A stretch of DNA of 64,000 nt, taken from positions 1-64,000 of the IMG/VR virus record IMGVR_UViG_3300028573_000011; one strand, given 5' to 3'. The stretch is from a virus. Shown here in pieces: positions 45,360-55,053 of the stretch. The notes beneath the pieces were generated by a model. That model was not told the origin of the DNA. It was given only the letters and a program-made list of their open reading frames with translations, and did no database searches. Both the position numbers and the translations under genes were made by a program. How positions within the stretch are numbered: position 1 is the first letter of the stretch; each line of letters opens with the position of its first letter.

Positions 45360-45754
45360 CGGGCGTAGCCGTTGAGCAGCTGCATCATCTGCTCATACAG
45401 CGGGTTGCCCGGCAGCGCATGGCCTTCGACGACGCCGGCGAGTTCGACGGCGGCCTTGGCCATCTCCTCTCCCACCGGGGTGTGGCTGATCCAGGAGCTG
45501 ACCTGCGTATCGAGCATGTTCCAGTTGGCGATCGGCATGACACGCGTGCCCAGGTTGGGACGCGCGTTGATCATGCCCTTCGCTTCGAGGATCTTGAGCG
45601 CTTCGCGCACCGCCGTACGCGAGAGGCCGTAGGTGCGTGCCAGAGCCTCCGGAGAGAGCGCGCCGCCGGGGGTGTATTCGCCGGCCGCGATGGCCTTGCC
45701 GAGGATCTCGGCAAGGCGATGCGGCAGGGTGCGCCTGATGATGATCGTGACCAT
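45356..45754 (-). CDS. GntR/FadR-type HTH protein (short)
   Basis: YGLSRTAVREALKILEAKGMINARPNLGTRV...WNMLD. Confidence 0.85.
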   Translation of the reverse strand: MVTIIIRRTLPHRLAEILGKAIAAGEYTPGGALSPEALARTYGLSRTAVREALKILEAKGMINARPNLGTRVMPIANWNMLDTQVSSWISHTPVGEEMAKAAVELAGVVEGHALPGNPLYEQMMQLLNGYAR

Positions 45755-45822
45755 AATGTGCCTTTTCGGTGTGAGGTAAGGAAGACCGGTGCGTATGCCA
45801 CGATCCGGATCGTGAACAGATG

Positions 45823-46395
45823 TCAGATCGCGTCGGCCGGCAGCAGGCGGGCCAGGCTTCGGACGGCTCGGTATTGCAGGGTCTTGACGGCGCCTTCCTG
45901 CTTGCCCATGATCTCGGCGGTCTCGGTGACGGACTTCTGTTCGAGGAAGCGCAGCGTGACGCACATCTGCTGCTGCTCGTTGAGCCGTTTGACGGCGCTG
46001 CGGAGTACGCAGTTGTCCAGGTACGTCACGATGGCGTCCTCGGTCGACGGCTCCAGCTCATCGCCGTCGAGCATTTCGCCGGTCGAGACCTCCCGGCGGT
46101 GGCGACTCGACTTGAAGTTGTCCGCGATGAGGTTGCGGGCGATGGTGATGAGCCACGCTCCGAGGTCCTTGCCCTGCCAGCTGAAGGTGGTGATCCGGCA
46201 CAACGCGCGGACGAACGTCTCGCTGGTGAGGTCTTCGGCCAGCGGACGGGTGGCGACGCGGTAGTAGATGAAGCGGAACACCGTGTCGCGGTAGGCGACA
46301 TACAGCTCGCCGAAGGCTTCTCGGTCGCCGGCCTGGGCAGCCGTGACGATCTCCACCATTCGCTCGTGCGCGAGCACCTGGGTGCGGTCAGTCAT
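45823..46395 (-). CDS. bldN: ECF sigma factor closely resembling sigma-BldN/AdsA
   Basis: AEDLTSETF.RAL.RI.TF.WQG.D.GAWL.TIARNL.AD.FKSSR.R.EV.TGEMLD and EGAVKTLQYRAVRSLARLLP, as recalled for Streptomyces BldN. Confidence 0.85.
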   Translation of the reverse strand: MTDRTQVLAHERMVEIVTAAQAGDREAFGELYVAYRDTVFRFIYYRVATRPLAEDLTSETFVRALCRITTFSWQGKDLGAWLITIARNLIADNFKSSRHRREVSTGEMLDGDELEPSTEDAIVTYLDNCVLRSAVKRLNEQQQMCVTLRFLEQKSVTETAEIMGKQEGAVKTLQYRAVRSLARLLPADAI

Positions 46396-46609
46396 CGTGG
46401 AGTCCTGGGGTTGGTCTGGGTGAGGGGACAGAGACCGGTGCTGCGCGTCGTGCCGTGCGCCTGTGTAGGGCCTTCTCGATCAGCGACAGCGAGGCGCCGA
46501 CCGCGATCACGGTCACCAGGAAGATCAGGGCGAGCAGCAGGCTGGCCAGCGGGTCGACGCAGATGGCGCCGAGGATGCGCCAGCTGGCGGTAAAGATCCG
46601 GAAGATCAC
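46388..46609 (-). CDS. Membrane protein
   Basis: Hydrophobic helix; start uncertain. Confidence 0.5.
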   Translation of the reverse strand: MIFRIFTASWRILGAICVDPLASLLLALIFLVTVIAVGASLSLIEKALHRRTARRAAPVSVPSPRPTPGLHDD

Positions 46610-46827
46610 CGCGGGGAGCCCGCGGAGCTGCCGACGGTCACGCCGCGGCGAGGTGAAGAAGACATGCCGAATACGGCTTTCGAGAGTGATGAATGCGACG
46701 TGCTGCGAAACCGGCGGGCGCGCACTCCAGGAGAATCGCTCGAAACTCGACGCGCGCCCGTCGGCGATGAAGGCCCAGCCCGCCCGACCGGGGGGGAAGA
46801 GAGGCGGGCTGGGCCGCTCGGGGGCCG

Positions 46828-47061
46828 CTACTCGGCGGCGGCCGGTTCCTGCATTGGCGGCGCGTGCGCGAGTGGGGGCGTCGTAGCCCAGCGGGACGGC
46901 GGGACGTGCTCGAAGGCTTCGGCGCGACCCGCCCTCGGGCGCCGCGGCGGGATGATCGGCTCGTCCTTGTCGCGGCGGATCGCCACGTAGCTCATGGCCA
47001 CACCGACGCCGATGCAGATGCCGACCAGCAGCACGGCGCCGTAGGACAGGAACGTCATCAT
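46828..47061 (-). CDS. Small membrane protein
   Basis: N-terminal TM helix; coupled start. Confidence 0.55.
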   Translation of the reverse strand: MMTFLSYGAVLLVGICIGVGVAMSYVAIRRDKDEPIIPPRRPRAGRAEAFEHVPPSRWATTPPLAHAPPMQEPAAAE

Positions 47062-47957
47062 GACGCTGCCGCCGTTTCGGTTTCGGCGACCTCGGGCGCG
47101 GCTTCCGCCGTCGCGTCCTCGCCGACCGGGGCGGTGGCCGAGGGGAGGTCGAGCAGCCCGCGCACGGTGTCCTCCTGGAGAGGGAACTCGATCGGGATCG
47201 TGCACCCACCGCGGCCCAGACTCGACCAGATGATTTCGAGCTGTACGACGTCCTGGATGCCCCAGTTGCGCTTCTTGCAGCTGACCTTGCCCTCCAGCCG
47301 CTTGAGCTCGACGTTTCGACTGGCGTAGTTGGAGACGACCTTGGCGATGCGGTCTTCCAGAGACACACCGTTGCCGCGCTCCAAGGTCTGGAAGCACAGC
47401 GCCTTGGCCTGGTCCACGTACCAGAGCGGCAGTACCTGGAAGATCACCTCCCGGACGAACGTGGCGCCGATCCTGTTGATCGGGCCTCGGTTGTCCGGCT
47501 GTCGCTGGTCGCTCGACGGCACCACCTCGCGGCGTACCCAGTCGGGCACGAAGAACGTGGCGCTGGCCTCGCTGTTGTCTTCCTGGTCCCAGGCGAAGGC
47601 GCGGGCGTGCGTGCCGCTGTGCTGGCTGTCGCGGTGGAGCTCGATCGTGCCCCACACGGTGTTCGTCCAGCAGCGGGCGATCTCGCGTGCCAGGTAGACG
47701 CTCGCGCCGCTGGTCTGAAACGGCTTGCCGTCGTGGTCCCGTAGCGTGCGCCGGTAGAACGCCCTTTCCGCCACCACCGGGATGCTGCACGTGTAGGTCA
47801 TCATCTTCCGGGCGCGCTCGATGTCGCGGGGGAACCGGCGCGCGGTGGCGATCGCGGTGTGCTTGTCCGCGATGAGCTGGGCCAGCTCCGCGTTGGCGTT
47901 CTCCCGGGCCACGATGGCCCGGTGCGGCAGCGAAACCTCGTCGTCGAGAATGCTCAT
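47058..47957 (-). CDS. Putative ssDNA-annealing recombinase
   Basis: ARRFPRD...G.SVYLAREIARCW.N.W...AWDQEDN; directly after exonuclease. Confidence 0.65.
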   Translation of the reverse strand: MSILDDEVSLPHRAIVARENANAELAQLIADKHTAIATARRFPRDIERARKMMTYTCSIPVVAERAFYRRTLRDHDGKPFQTSGASVYLAREIARCWTNTVWGTIELHRDSQHSGTHARAFAWDQEDNSEASATFFVPDWVRREVVPSSDQRQPDNRGPINRIGATFVREVIFQVLPLWYVDQAKALCFQTLERGNGVSLEDRIAKVVSNYASRNVELKRLEGKVSCKKRNWGIQDVVQLEIIWSSLGRGGCTIPIEFPLQEDTVRGLLDLPSATAPVGEDATAEAAPEVAETETAAAS

Positions 47958-47961
47958 CGCT

Positions 47962-48900
47962 TTACCAGCGCTCCCAGTTGTAGGCGTTCATCACCCACGG
48001 CGGCAGCGGCAGGCGTTCGATCCGGTCGGGGTAGGCAGGCCATTGGCCGGACTCGGTGCACTCCCGGTAGAGGCGGATAGCCTTGCGGTTCAGCTCGCGG
48101 CCGATCTGCATCGCGTCGGGGTCGGGCCGGACGCAGCGCACGTAGTAGGGCGCCGTCTTCTCCTGGCAGACGAGGAGGAAGTCGATGTCGTCCTTGTCGG
48201 CCAGGCCGAGCTCGACGGCGCCGTTTTCGTACCAGTCGGCCTGCTGGTGCCAGCCCTTCTCGTGCATCGCCTTACTCAGCGACAGGTCGTCGATGGCGTG
48301 GCAGCTCTTGAGGTCAACGATGACGAGACGTCCGCGACGCGTGAAGATCATCGAGTCGGGCCGGGCCCGGAGCATGACGCCGTGCTCCTCGTCGCGCCAG
48401 AACAGCGAGTGCTCGACCATGGCGTCGTCGACGGCGAACAGCGGGCCGGCCTCAGGATGGCGACGGACGATGTCGGCCATCGCCTTCATCCGGAGATACT
48501 CGTGCTTCAGCAGCGTGATCACGCCGCTCGCACGGTTCGCCTGCTCCTTCTCCTGCGTGTCCTTCTTCCGCCGGTTCTGCTCGTCGAGCATGACGACTTC
48601 GGGGTCGCCGCCGAACAGCTCGCTGTGCAGCGCGGTCCCGAACTCCATCTCGGGGGTCGCGATGCGGCCGTGGAGGCGGTCGTAGTCGAAGCGGGCCGGG
48701 GTGCCCGGCGGGAGGATCCGCCGGGCGCCGGTGGAGGACAGGGAGCCGCCGGCGACGGGGTCGGCGTGGTACTCGCGCAGCGACATGCGCGCGCGGATGC
48801 CGGGCTCGGTGATCGGTTCGCCGCGGTACTCGGCCAGGAACTGCGCCGGGGCGTCCGAGGCGGCCGGGTCGATGGCGAGGATGTCAGCGATGACGGTCAC
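47962..48900 (-). CDS. RecE/ExoVIII-like PD-(D/E)XK exonuclease
   Basis: YHADP...LSSTG, FGTALH, EHSLFW, RARPD, IVDLKS, QADWY, QEKTAPY. Confidence 0.9.
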   Translation of the reverse strand: MTVIADILAIDPAASDAPAQFLAEYRGEPITEPGIRARMSLREYHADPVAGGSLSSTGARRILPPGTPARFDYDRLHGRIATPEMEFGTALHSELFGGDPEVVMLDEQNRRKKDTQEKEQANRASGVITLLKHEYLRMKAMADIVRRHPEAGPLFAVDDAMVEHSLFWRDEEHGVMLRARPDSMIFTRRGRLVIVDLKSCHAIDDLSLSKAMHEKGWHQQADWYENGAVELGLADKDDIDFLLVCQEKTAPYYVRCVRPDPDAMQIGRELNRKAIRLYRECTESGQWPAYPDRIERLPLPPWVMNAYNWERW

Positions 48901-49196
48901 AGTCCTCGTCCCTTCGACCAGTCGGTGAGGCCGATGGTCTGCTCCCACGGCAGATGCGTCGGCCCGGCGGGGTGGTTGACGTGCGGCGGGTACTGCCGTC
49001 CCGCCTGCCGCGTCTCGTCATCGACCTGGGTGCCGGCGGCGATGGCGGCCGCGATCGGCCGCCAGGCCTCGGCGGCCTCGGCCGCGAGTCGCTCGGCGTC
49101 GTCATGGGCGCCGCCCCAACCGCCGGTGTCGGTCAGCGACACGGCGTACGCGGCCTGCTCGGCCGCCGCATGGGCGCGCAGGAACGTGGCGCTCAC
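48897..49196 (-). CDS. Hypothetical protein
   Basis: Coupled ORF. Confidence 0.55.
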   Translation of the reverse strand: MSATFLRAHAAAEQAAYAVSLTDTGGWGGAHDDAERLAAEAAEAWRPIAAAIAAGTQVDDETRQAGRQYPPHVNHPAGPTHLPWEQTIGLTDWSKGRGL

Positions 49197-49669
49197 CACC
49201 GGGCCACCGCTTCCAAGAACTGGGCGTGGACCGCCTCGGAGGCGGCGCTGGCCTCCTGCGGGGAGCCTCCCGCGCGAAGGACACGGGCGTAGGCTTCGAA
49301 GCGGTTGTCCTGAACCGGGCCGGGCTGGGCCAGCACCTGCATACGCACGCTGACGGTCTTGCTGAACGCGACGTCGTACCAGGTCCCGCGGGCGTCGGTG
49401 TGTTCCTGGCGGTAGTCCCAACGCGCGCGGACCTGCTTCTCAGCCGACTCCGCAACGGCTTGGAGGCGCTCGATGCGCCGGGAGTTGTCCTCGTACTCCT
49501 CGCTCGGCACGATCAGCGTGATCGGGTCCAGGCCGCCGGGCATGATCCGTGCCGCCTGCTCGGGGTGCTCCTCGATCCAGTCCGCGAGCGCGCGGAGTCC
49601 GGCAACAGTGGTGTCCGCCAGTTGCAGCGTCGCGAGCGGGATGTCGGGGTGCAGCTGGTCCTCGTTCAT
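49193..49669 (-). CDS. Hypothetical protein
   Basis: AGLRALADWIEEHP motif; coupled. Confidence 0.7.
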   Translation of the reverse strand: MNEDQLHPDIPLATLQLADTTVAGLRALADWIEEHPEQAARIMPGGLDPITLIVPSEEYEDNSRRIERLQAVAESAEKQVRARWDYRQEHTDARGTWYDVAFSKTVSVRMQVLAQPGPVQDNRFEAYARVLRAGGSPQEASAASEAVHAQFLEAVARW

Positions 49670-50517
49670 GCCGCCGCTCCGAGTGCTTCGGCGATCTGCT
49701 CGACGCTGGCGTCCAGCGCGATCGCGCGGCCGACGATGGCCTTCGTGAGCTCGGCGGCGACGTAGTCGCCGGACTCGGAGCTGTCCGCAGCGACCTGGAC
49801 GCGGGCGCGGTCAACGGCGGCGAGGTTGTACCAGCGGGCGTGGAGCGACGTGGTGCGGGCGTCGGCCCGCTCTCCCGCGGCGTCCGGGTTGCTTACGTGG
49901 CGGACCCAGGCAGCGCGGCCGGCGTCGACCGGACCGAGCGTCTGGCGGGTTCGCGCTTCGAGCTCCATCAGCGGGCGGTCGTCGCGAATCGGGGCCATCT
50001 CCCGCGTCTGCTCCACGTCGGCGACCGGGACGTCGGGCCACTCGTCGTTGCTGCGCGTGTCGTGCTTCGCGGCCCACCACAACGTGGGGTCGAGGGCGAT
50101 CCAGCGCGCTCCGTCGAAGGCGTTCGGCTGGGTAGGCGGCGCGGGCGGAACCGAAGCGTTCTGCGTTCCGCTGGTGCCCGGCTTGGCCAGGAGCAGCGTC
50201 GTCGCCGAGGCGCCGTCGACCGTCGCTGGCCAGGTCGCCGAGTCGTAGGGGTTCACGCCCCAGCCGGCACCCTCGAAGACCAAGCTGACGGTCGTCGACG
50301 GCGGCAGAGACGCGATGCCGACCTCGGCGGGAACGGGCTCCATGTCGATCAGCGTGGGCGCCGAGTCGTTGACGCGCTGGGCCATCTGCGGACGACTGAC
50401 CCGCGACATGGGTCGAGCGGGACGGGTGTCGGTCTCGCGGGCGAACGGTGCCCGGATCCGGCGAAGTCCGGTCGGTTCGGTGGCGCTGCGCCCGTTTCGG
50501 GCGCTACGGTTCATCAT
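49666..50517 (-). CDS. Hypothetical protein
   Basis: RBS GGAGGT. Confidence 0.6.
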   Translation of the reverse strand: MMNRSARNGRSATEPTGLRRIRAPFARETDTRPARPMSRVSRPQMAQRVNDSAPTLIDMEPVPAEVGIASLPPSTTVSLVFEGAGWGVNPYDSATWPATVDGASATTLLLAKPGTSGTQNASVPPAPPTQPNAFDGARWIALDPTLWWAAKHDTRSNDEWPDVPVADVEQTREMAPIRDDRPLMELEARTRQTLGPVDAGRAAWVRHVSNPDAAGERADARTTSLHARWYNLAAVDRARVQVAADSSESGDYVAAELTKAIVGRAIALDASVEQIAEALGAAA

Positions 50518-50588
50518 GCCGGTCACCTCCAAGTGCTGATGTCGGGAAATAGGTGGCTGTGCGTGGCGGCTGTTCCGGGCTGGGCTGG

Positions 50589-50897
50589 CTACGGAACGGC
50601 CGCCTTCGTCTTGCGGCGGGCTTCGCGTTGGACTGCCTTGTCGTAGGACTTGGCCGGGGTCTCCCGCCGCGGCACAAGGGGCTCCCGGGCCTCGACGCGG
50701 TTCTCGCGGCGCAGCTTTTCGCGGTAGGCGCGCGCCTCGGCCCGGAGGAAACGCGGGTCGCGTCCGTTTCCGGCCCAGTAGAAGGGCACCCGGCCCTCGG
50801 TCACGAGCAGCTCCACGTGGCTGACCGGCTTCCCGAGGAACTCGGCGAACTGCTCCTTGGTCAGGTCGGGAAGGTCGTCATCGCTGGTGTGGCTCAT
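50589..50897 (-). CDS. Excisionase-like HTH protein
   Basis: LTKEQFAEFLGKPVSHVELLVTEGRVP......PRF. Confidence 0.7.
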   Translation of the reverse strand: MSHTSDDDLPDLTKEQFAEFLGKPVSHVELLVTEGRVPFYWAGNGRDPRFLRAEARAYREKLRRENRVEAREPLVPRRETPAKSYDKAVQREARRKTKAAVP

Positions 50898-51178
50898 CGC
50901 GGCGCTCCCACGCGCTCGCGCCGGCGCGGCTCGTCAGTCACCAGCCGGAACAACCGCTCGTAGGCGGTGCCCGGCTTGACCCCGGTGCCGGTGGCGACGT
51001 GCATCAGGCCGGAGACCACCTCGATGCCGCAGGCGTCGTGAATGCCGCGGCTCACGGACGAGGCATCGACGCCGGCCGCGTGGGCGATCTGCTCGTTGGT
51101 GTCCAACTTGGCCCTGCGGCCGAGCCATCTCAGGCCCGCAGGGTCGATCCGGTGGTGCGCGGGCGCCTTGGATCGCAT
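50894..51178 (-). CDS. Cro-like HTH protein
   Basis: TNEQIAHAAGVDASSVSR; first gene of leftward operon, divergent from repressor. Confidence 0.7.
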   Translation of the reverse strand: MRSKAPAHHRIDPAGLRWLGRRAKLDTNEQIAHAAGVDASSVSRGIHDACGIEVVSGLMHVATGTGVKPGTAYERLFRLVTDEPRRRERVGAPR

Positions 51179-51206
51179 GACGGTTTGCTCCACAGTTGTG
51201 TTGTAT

Positions 51207-51417
51207 GGATGCAATCTCGCATCGCATTGCGTGGATGCAATCTACGCCGCGTATCCATGCAATGCAACTGGAGCTGGTATTGATACGTGTTCGCAGGTGG
51301 CGTGCGTGCGCCCGTTGGCGTGATTTCGCTCTCGCGGTCGGATGCGCGCGCGGCTAGCCTGACCGCTGGGCGGGTGCGGCGCGGATTTGCGCCCGGGTAC
51401 CGGGCTCAGATTGCATG
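51207..51417. promoter_or_regulatory. Immunity switch region with ATGCAATCT operators
   Basis: GGATGCAATCT at 51207 and 51233; inverted AGATTGCATG at 51408. Confidence 0.6.
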
Positions 51418-51450
51418 TATGCGATGCACGCACGGCGCGAGAGGTCACGT

Positions 51451-51900
51451 ATGCCCAGGTTGGACAGCGCGGAACGCAAGAAGGTGTGGCAGGCGTACGT
51501 GAAGAGCCGCCTCGACGATTCGGGCCTCAAGCAGTTTGAGCTCGAAGCCCTCACGGACGGCGTTGTCACCACCACGATGGTCTCGAACTGGGTGACCGGC
51601 CGGTCCGGCGTGGAGGCGGAGGCTGCGGCGCTCTTCGCGCTGGCGACGAACTCCCCCGTGGGGGAAGCGCTCGAGGCTGCCGGCTACGGCAAGTTCGCCG
51701 AGATCGTCGCGTCCCAGATGGCACCACAGGCGGATCCGCGAATCACCCGGCTGCTGGACGACCCGCTCTTGACGGAGGAGGACCGGTCGGACTTCCGGGA
51801 GCTGCTTCAGCGTCGGCAGAACCGCCTTGCCGTCGAACTCGTCGCGATCCTTGTCGAGATGGTGAAGACGCGCCAGTCGGAGTCGAGCAGGCAGGAATAG
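51451..51900 (+). CDS. XRE-type immunity repressor
   Basis: GLKQFELEALTDGVVTTTMVSNWVTG...EALEAAGY; upstream of att/int. Confidence 0.7.
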   Translation: MPRLDSAERKKVWQAYVKSRLDDSGLKQFELEALTDGVVTTTMVSNWVTGRSGVEAEAAALFALATNSPVGEALEAAGYGKFAEIVASQMAPQADPRITRLLDDPLLTEEDRSDFRELLQRRQNRLAVELVAILVEMVKTRQSESSRQE

Positions 51901-51922
51901 ACCCTTGCACAGCCATGATCAA

Positions 51923-52124
51923 CGGTGCACTTTTCTGGTGCACGGCCCGGGAGAACTTGGGCGAAGTTCGGGGAACATGGACGATGATCGGCGTCTCAGC
52001 GCCCTGATCAGCAGAAGTTAAGGGGGTTCAAGTCCCCCCTCGGACACTTTGCTGAGCTCCTGAACTGCATGTTTGCAGTCAGGGGCTTTACACTTTCGGA
52101 ATCTGGTGCACCGTCTGGTGCACC
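51923..52124 (+). mobile_element. att site (attP-like): tRNA 3'-end core with arm-type repeats
   Basis: GGGGGTTCAAGTCCCCCCTCGGACAC (52022-52047; T-arm plus acceptor strand, probably tRNA-Leu); GGTGCAC pairs at ~51923-51943 and TCTGGTGCACC x2 at 52102-52123. Confidence 0.8.
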
Positions 52125-52185
52125 TCCGAGTGAGCGCCATACGAAAGCCGGTCCACCGACGGTCCACTCGTCGTACGTTCCAAAT

Positions 52186-53595
52186 ATGGCGTGGATCGAG
52201 ACTACCGAGCGCAAGGCCAAGCCGGGGCAGAAGAAGAAGCCCCTCTCCTACCATGTCCGCTGGCGCCAAGGCGGCGCCCGGGACGGCGGCAGCGAGGTCG
52301 AGACCTTCCGGGACGAGAAGGAGGCCGAACACTTCAAGGCCGCAGTCAACCTCGCCGGTGACCAGTACCCCCCCAACTTCATCCCGAAAATCGGCTGGGT
52401 CACGCCCGACGTGTACAAGGCGTTCCTCGTCGACGTCGAGGCCGCCGAGACGGAAGCCGAGCAGCCACCGCCGCCCGAGACGATCGGCGCGTTCGCCCGG
52501 AAGCTCGTACTGAGCATGACCAAGGTCGGGCGGGGCGGAAAGAAGAAGTACCTACGGATAATCGCTCTCCACATCAATCCCTGGTGGGGATCCCTCCCGA
52601 TCAATGACGAGGCAACCCTCAACATGATCGGCATCGGCACGTGGATCAACGATCTGCTGGACGGCAAATCACCCCCCGTCGACCAGACGCCGCAAGATCC
52701 GCACCCGAAGCGCACGAAGCTCAAGCCGAAGACCGCCCGGAACATCCACGGTCTCTTCTTCGCGATCATCCAGACCGCGCTGGAGATGAAGCTGCGGGCC
52801 GACAACCCGTGCCTGAAGACACAGCTGCCGAACGTCGATGACGGCGAAGGCGACTGGGAGATGGTCTTCCTGTCCCCCGAGGAGTACGGCATGATCCGTC
52901 GCCACATGCGCGCCGACGCGGTGGATCTCACGGACCTACTTGTCGGCACCGGGGCTCGCTACTCAGAGGCCACGGGCTTCCGAAAGCGCGACCACGTCCA
53001 TGACGAGACCGGCCGACCCTGGCTCAACGTGCGCAAGGCGTGGAAGAACGAGGCCGGCAACTGGGTCTTGAGCAAGCCCAAGACGCGGAAGTCCGTACGC
53101 GGGCTCGTTCTCACCGCAAGCCAGGACGAACTGGTTGCCAGACTCACGGAGGGCAAGCAGCCCGACGACCTGGTCGTCACGAACCGGGGTGGCAACCGAT
53201 GGATTCACCAGACCTACTACACACAGTGCTGGCGCCCGGCGGTCTATTGCGCGGTCCGCTGCGAACGGCACAGGAACGCCGACCTGGCCGCGGGTATCGG
53301 ACGTCGCGGCTATCGGTACCTGCTTTCCGCGCACATCGTGCCCTGTGGATGTCCGGGCACGCTCACGAAGGTCCCGCGCATCCACGACCTACGGCACACT
53401 CACGTAGCGTGGCTGATCGCCAAGAAGGTCCCGGTGAAGGCGATCCAGGAGCGGCTCGGCCATCGATCGAGCCAGACTACGTTGGACCGCTACGGGCACC
53501 TGCTGGATGAGGTCGTCGACGACGTCCAGGCTGCAGTCGACGTGATGATGGAGCGGGCAGCCGTGGACGTGGCCCAGCTGCCCGCCGCAGCCTAG
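52186..53595 (+). CDS. int: Tyrosine integrase
   Basis: TGARYSE, PKT, IHDLRH, RLGH, TTLDRYGHL; N-terminal arm-binding region. Confidence 0.95.
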   Translation: MAWIETTERKAKPGQKKKPLSYHVRWRQGGARDGGSEVETFRDEKEAEHFKAAVNLAGDQYPPNFIPKIGWVTPDVYKAFLVDVEAAETEAEQPPPPETIGAFARKLVLSMTKVGRGGKKKYLRIIALHINPWWGSLPINDEATLNMIGIGTWINDLLDGKSPPVDQTPQDPHPKRTKLKPKTARNIHGLFFAIIQTALEMKLRADNPCLKTQLPNVDDGEGDWEMVFLSPEEYGMIRRHMRADAVDLTDLLVGTGARYSEATGFRKRDHVHDETGRPWLNVRKAWKNEAGNWVLSKPKTRKSVRGLVLTASQDELVARLTEGKQPDDLVVTNRGGNRWIHQTYYTQCWRPAVYCAVRCERHRNADLAAGIGRRGYRYLLSAHIVPCGCPGTLTKVPRIHDLRHTHVAWLIAKKVPVKAIQERLGHRSSQTTLDRYGHLLDEVVDDVQAAVDVMMERAAVDVAQLPAAA

Positions 53596-53879
53596 TCGCT
53601 GGACTCGGTCAGCGCGCCACGGAGCTTCAGCAAGCGCTGGTCGGCACGGTCCTCGGCATCGGTCAGTGCCCACTTGACGTCCGTCACGTGGGCCCGGCCT
53701 AATCGTGCGACCGCATAGCCCACCGTCAGCGCCAGCGCGAGGGCGTCGGCCAGGTCTGCGACCTCGCCGCTCCTCGGCGTCGTCGGCAACCACAGCGTGA
53801 TCACTGCCGATACCGCCCACGCCACCGCCACGGCCGGACCGCCGATCCTGCGGAAAATGCGAACAACAACTTCGGACAT
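53592..53879 (-). CDS. Small membrane protein
   Basis: Two TM helices; RBS GGGAG. Confidence 0.55.
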   Translation of the reverse strand: MSEVVVRIFRRIGGPAVAVAWAVSAVITLWLPTTPRSGEVADLADALALALTVGYAVARLGRAHVTDVKWALTDAEDRADQRLLKLRGALTESSD

Positions 53880-54124
53880 CGGGTTGTCTCCCCACAGCCT
53901 GAACTGCCTCTACTTGCCCCCAAGTGAACGACACGCTACGCAGCGCGTACCAGCGACGCGATCACCAACACAGAGACACTTTTCGAACTCGGGACGTTTC
54001 GGAATACCCTGACATACGGCGCCTTTCATCGATATTTGATTCTCCAACGACACAGGGCTCTGACGTGGCAGTGTGGTGCGACGCGCCAGGGGACGCGGTC
54101 GGATCCAGGGGAGGGCACGGCGGC

Positions 54125-54979
54125 ATGGCGGGCATGCAGTGGAGCGATACACGGATACGGGGTGCGGGCCACGTGGTAGAGGTGCTCGCGGTCTCATGGC
54201 GTGGCTCTTCCCTGGCCGCACTGAAAAACGGACCGTTGTCTCCCCCGGAGCTGCTTGCCGTCTTCAAGACAGTGCAGCCGTCGACCGTGCCGGTTTTCGG
54301 ACCGCATGCGGTCTACATCGAATGTGTCAAGCGGCACCTGGCCGTGCTGGCCCGCGGCGGTCTACTCGACGTCGGGCCGCTGAACGGCGGTCGCCGGCAG
54401 TACCTGCTCACGCCGTTTGCCCGCGCGATGCTCGATGCCGCAGAGCAGACTGCGGACTATGGCGTGCGGGTTTACGACTGGTTGGTCGACGTCGGCCGCC
54501 AGTCCCGCAAGATCAGCACATCCCTGTCCGCGCGGGACTTCGAGCCCGCGGTCCTGGGCATGTCCGAGTCGGAGCGCTTCCGTTGGCGCGCGGTCTTGTT
54601 GATCTTCGCGCGGTTGCTTGGCCATCGCTGGTCGTTCACAGTTCTGGCAATGCTGGCCGACGGCCCAGCACGGTTTTCCTCGCTGCTGGAGCGCGCAGGC
54701 AGCCTTCTGCCAGCCGCTCCAACATCCGCCTCGACGACCGTACGCCTCGGCCGGTCCACCCTGACCAACCGACTGGAGTACCTACGCAGTGTCGGACTGG
54801 TCGAGAAGGTCGACGACTCGGCTCATCGCAACCCGGCGCGGCCCCCGGGCTCCAGGGAGGTGGCCTATGTCCTCACGGACGGTGGCCGAGATCTTCTGGA
54901 GAACTTGGAAGGCATCGCTGAATTCGGCGTCCTGCACGATGCGGCACTCGTCAAGGCGGTTCGAGCCCTAACCCCGTAG
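54125..54979 (+). CDS. Tandem HxlR-type wHTH regulator
   Basis: RWSFTVLAMLADGPARFS...L..RLEYL...GLV...REVAYVLTDGGRDL, with a similar N-terminal copy. Confidence 0.75.
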   Translation: MAGMQWSDTRIRGAGHVVEVLAVSWRGSSLAALKNGPLSPPELLAVFKTVQPSTVPVFGPHAVYIECVKRHLAVLARGGLLDVGPLNGGRRQYLLTPFARAMLDAAEQTADYGVRVYDWLVDVGRQSRKISTSLSARDFEPAVLGMSESERFRWRAVLLIFARLLGHRWSFTVLAMLADGPARFSSLLERAGSLLPAAPTSASTTVRLGRSTLTNRLEYLRSVGLVEKVDDSAHRNPARPPGSREVAYVLTDGGRDLLENLEGIAEFGVLHDAALVKAVRALTP

Positions 54980-55053
54980 CGCTGACGGCACGCGCTCTTC
55001 CCCCTACGATGAGTGCTGACGTACAACCGTAGGCGGCTCGCTTAGGGGGAACC

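Noticed and set aside
43653-45368. Long antisense or off-frame ORFs here and elsewhere (e.g. 2446-4794, 2670-4592, 47821-49353)
   Set aside because: Expected in high-GC DNA; low-complexity and overlapping well-supported genes.
52022-52047. Complete tRNA gene
   Set aside because: Only T-arm and acceptor 3' strand are present; no D or anticodon arm upstream.
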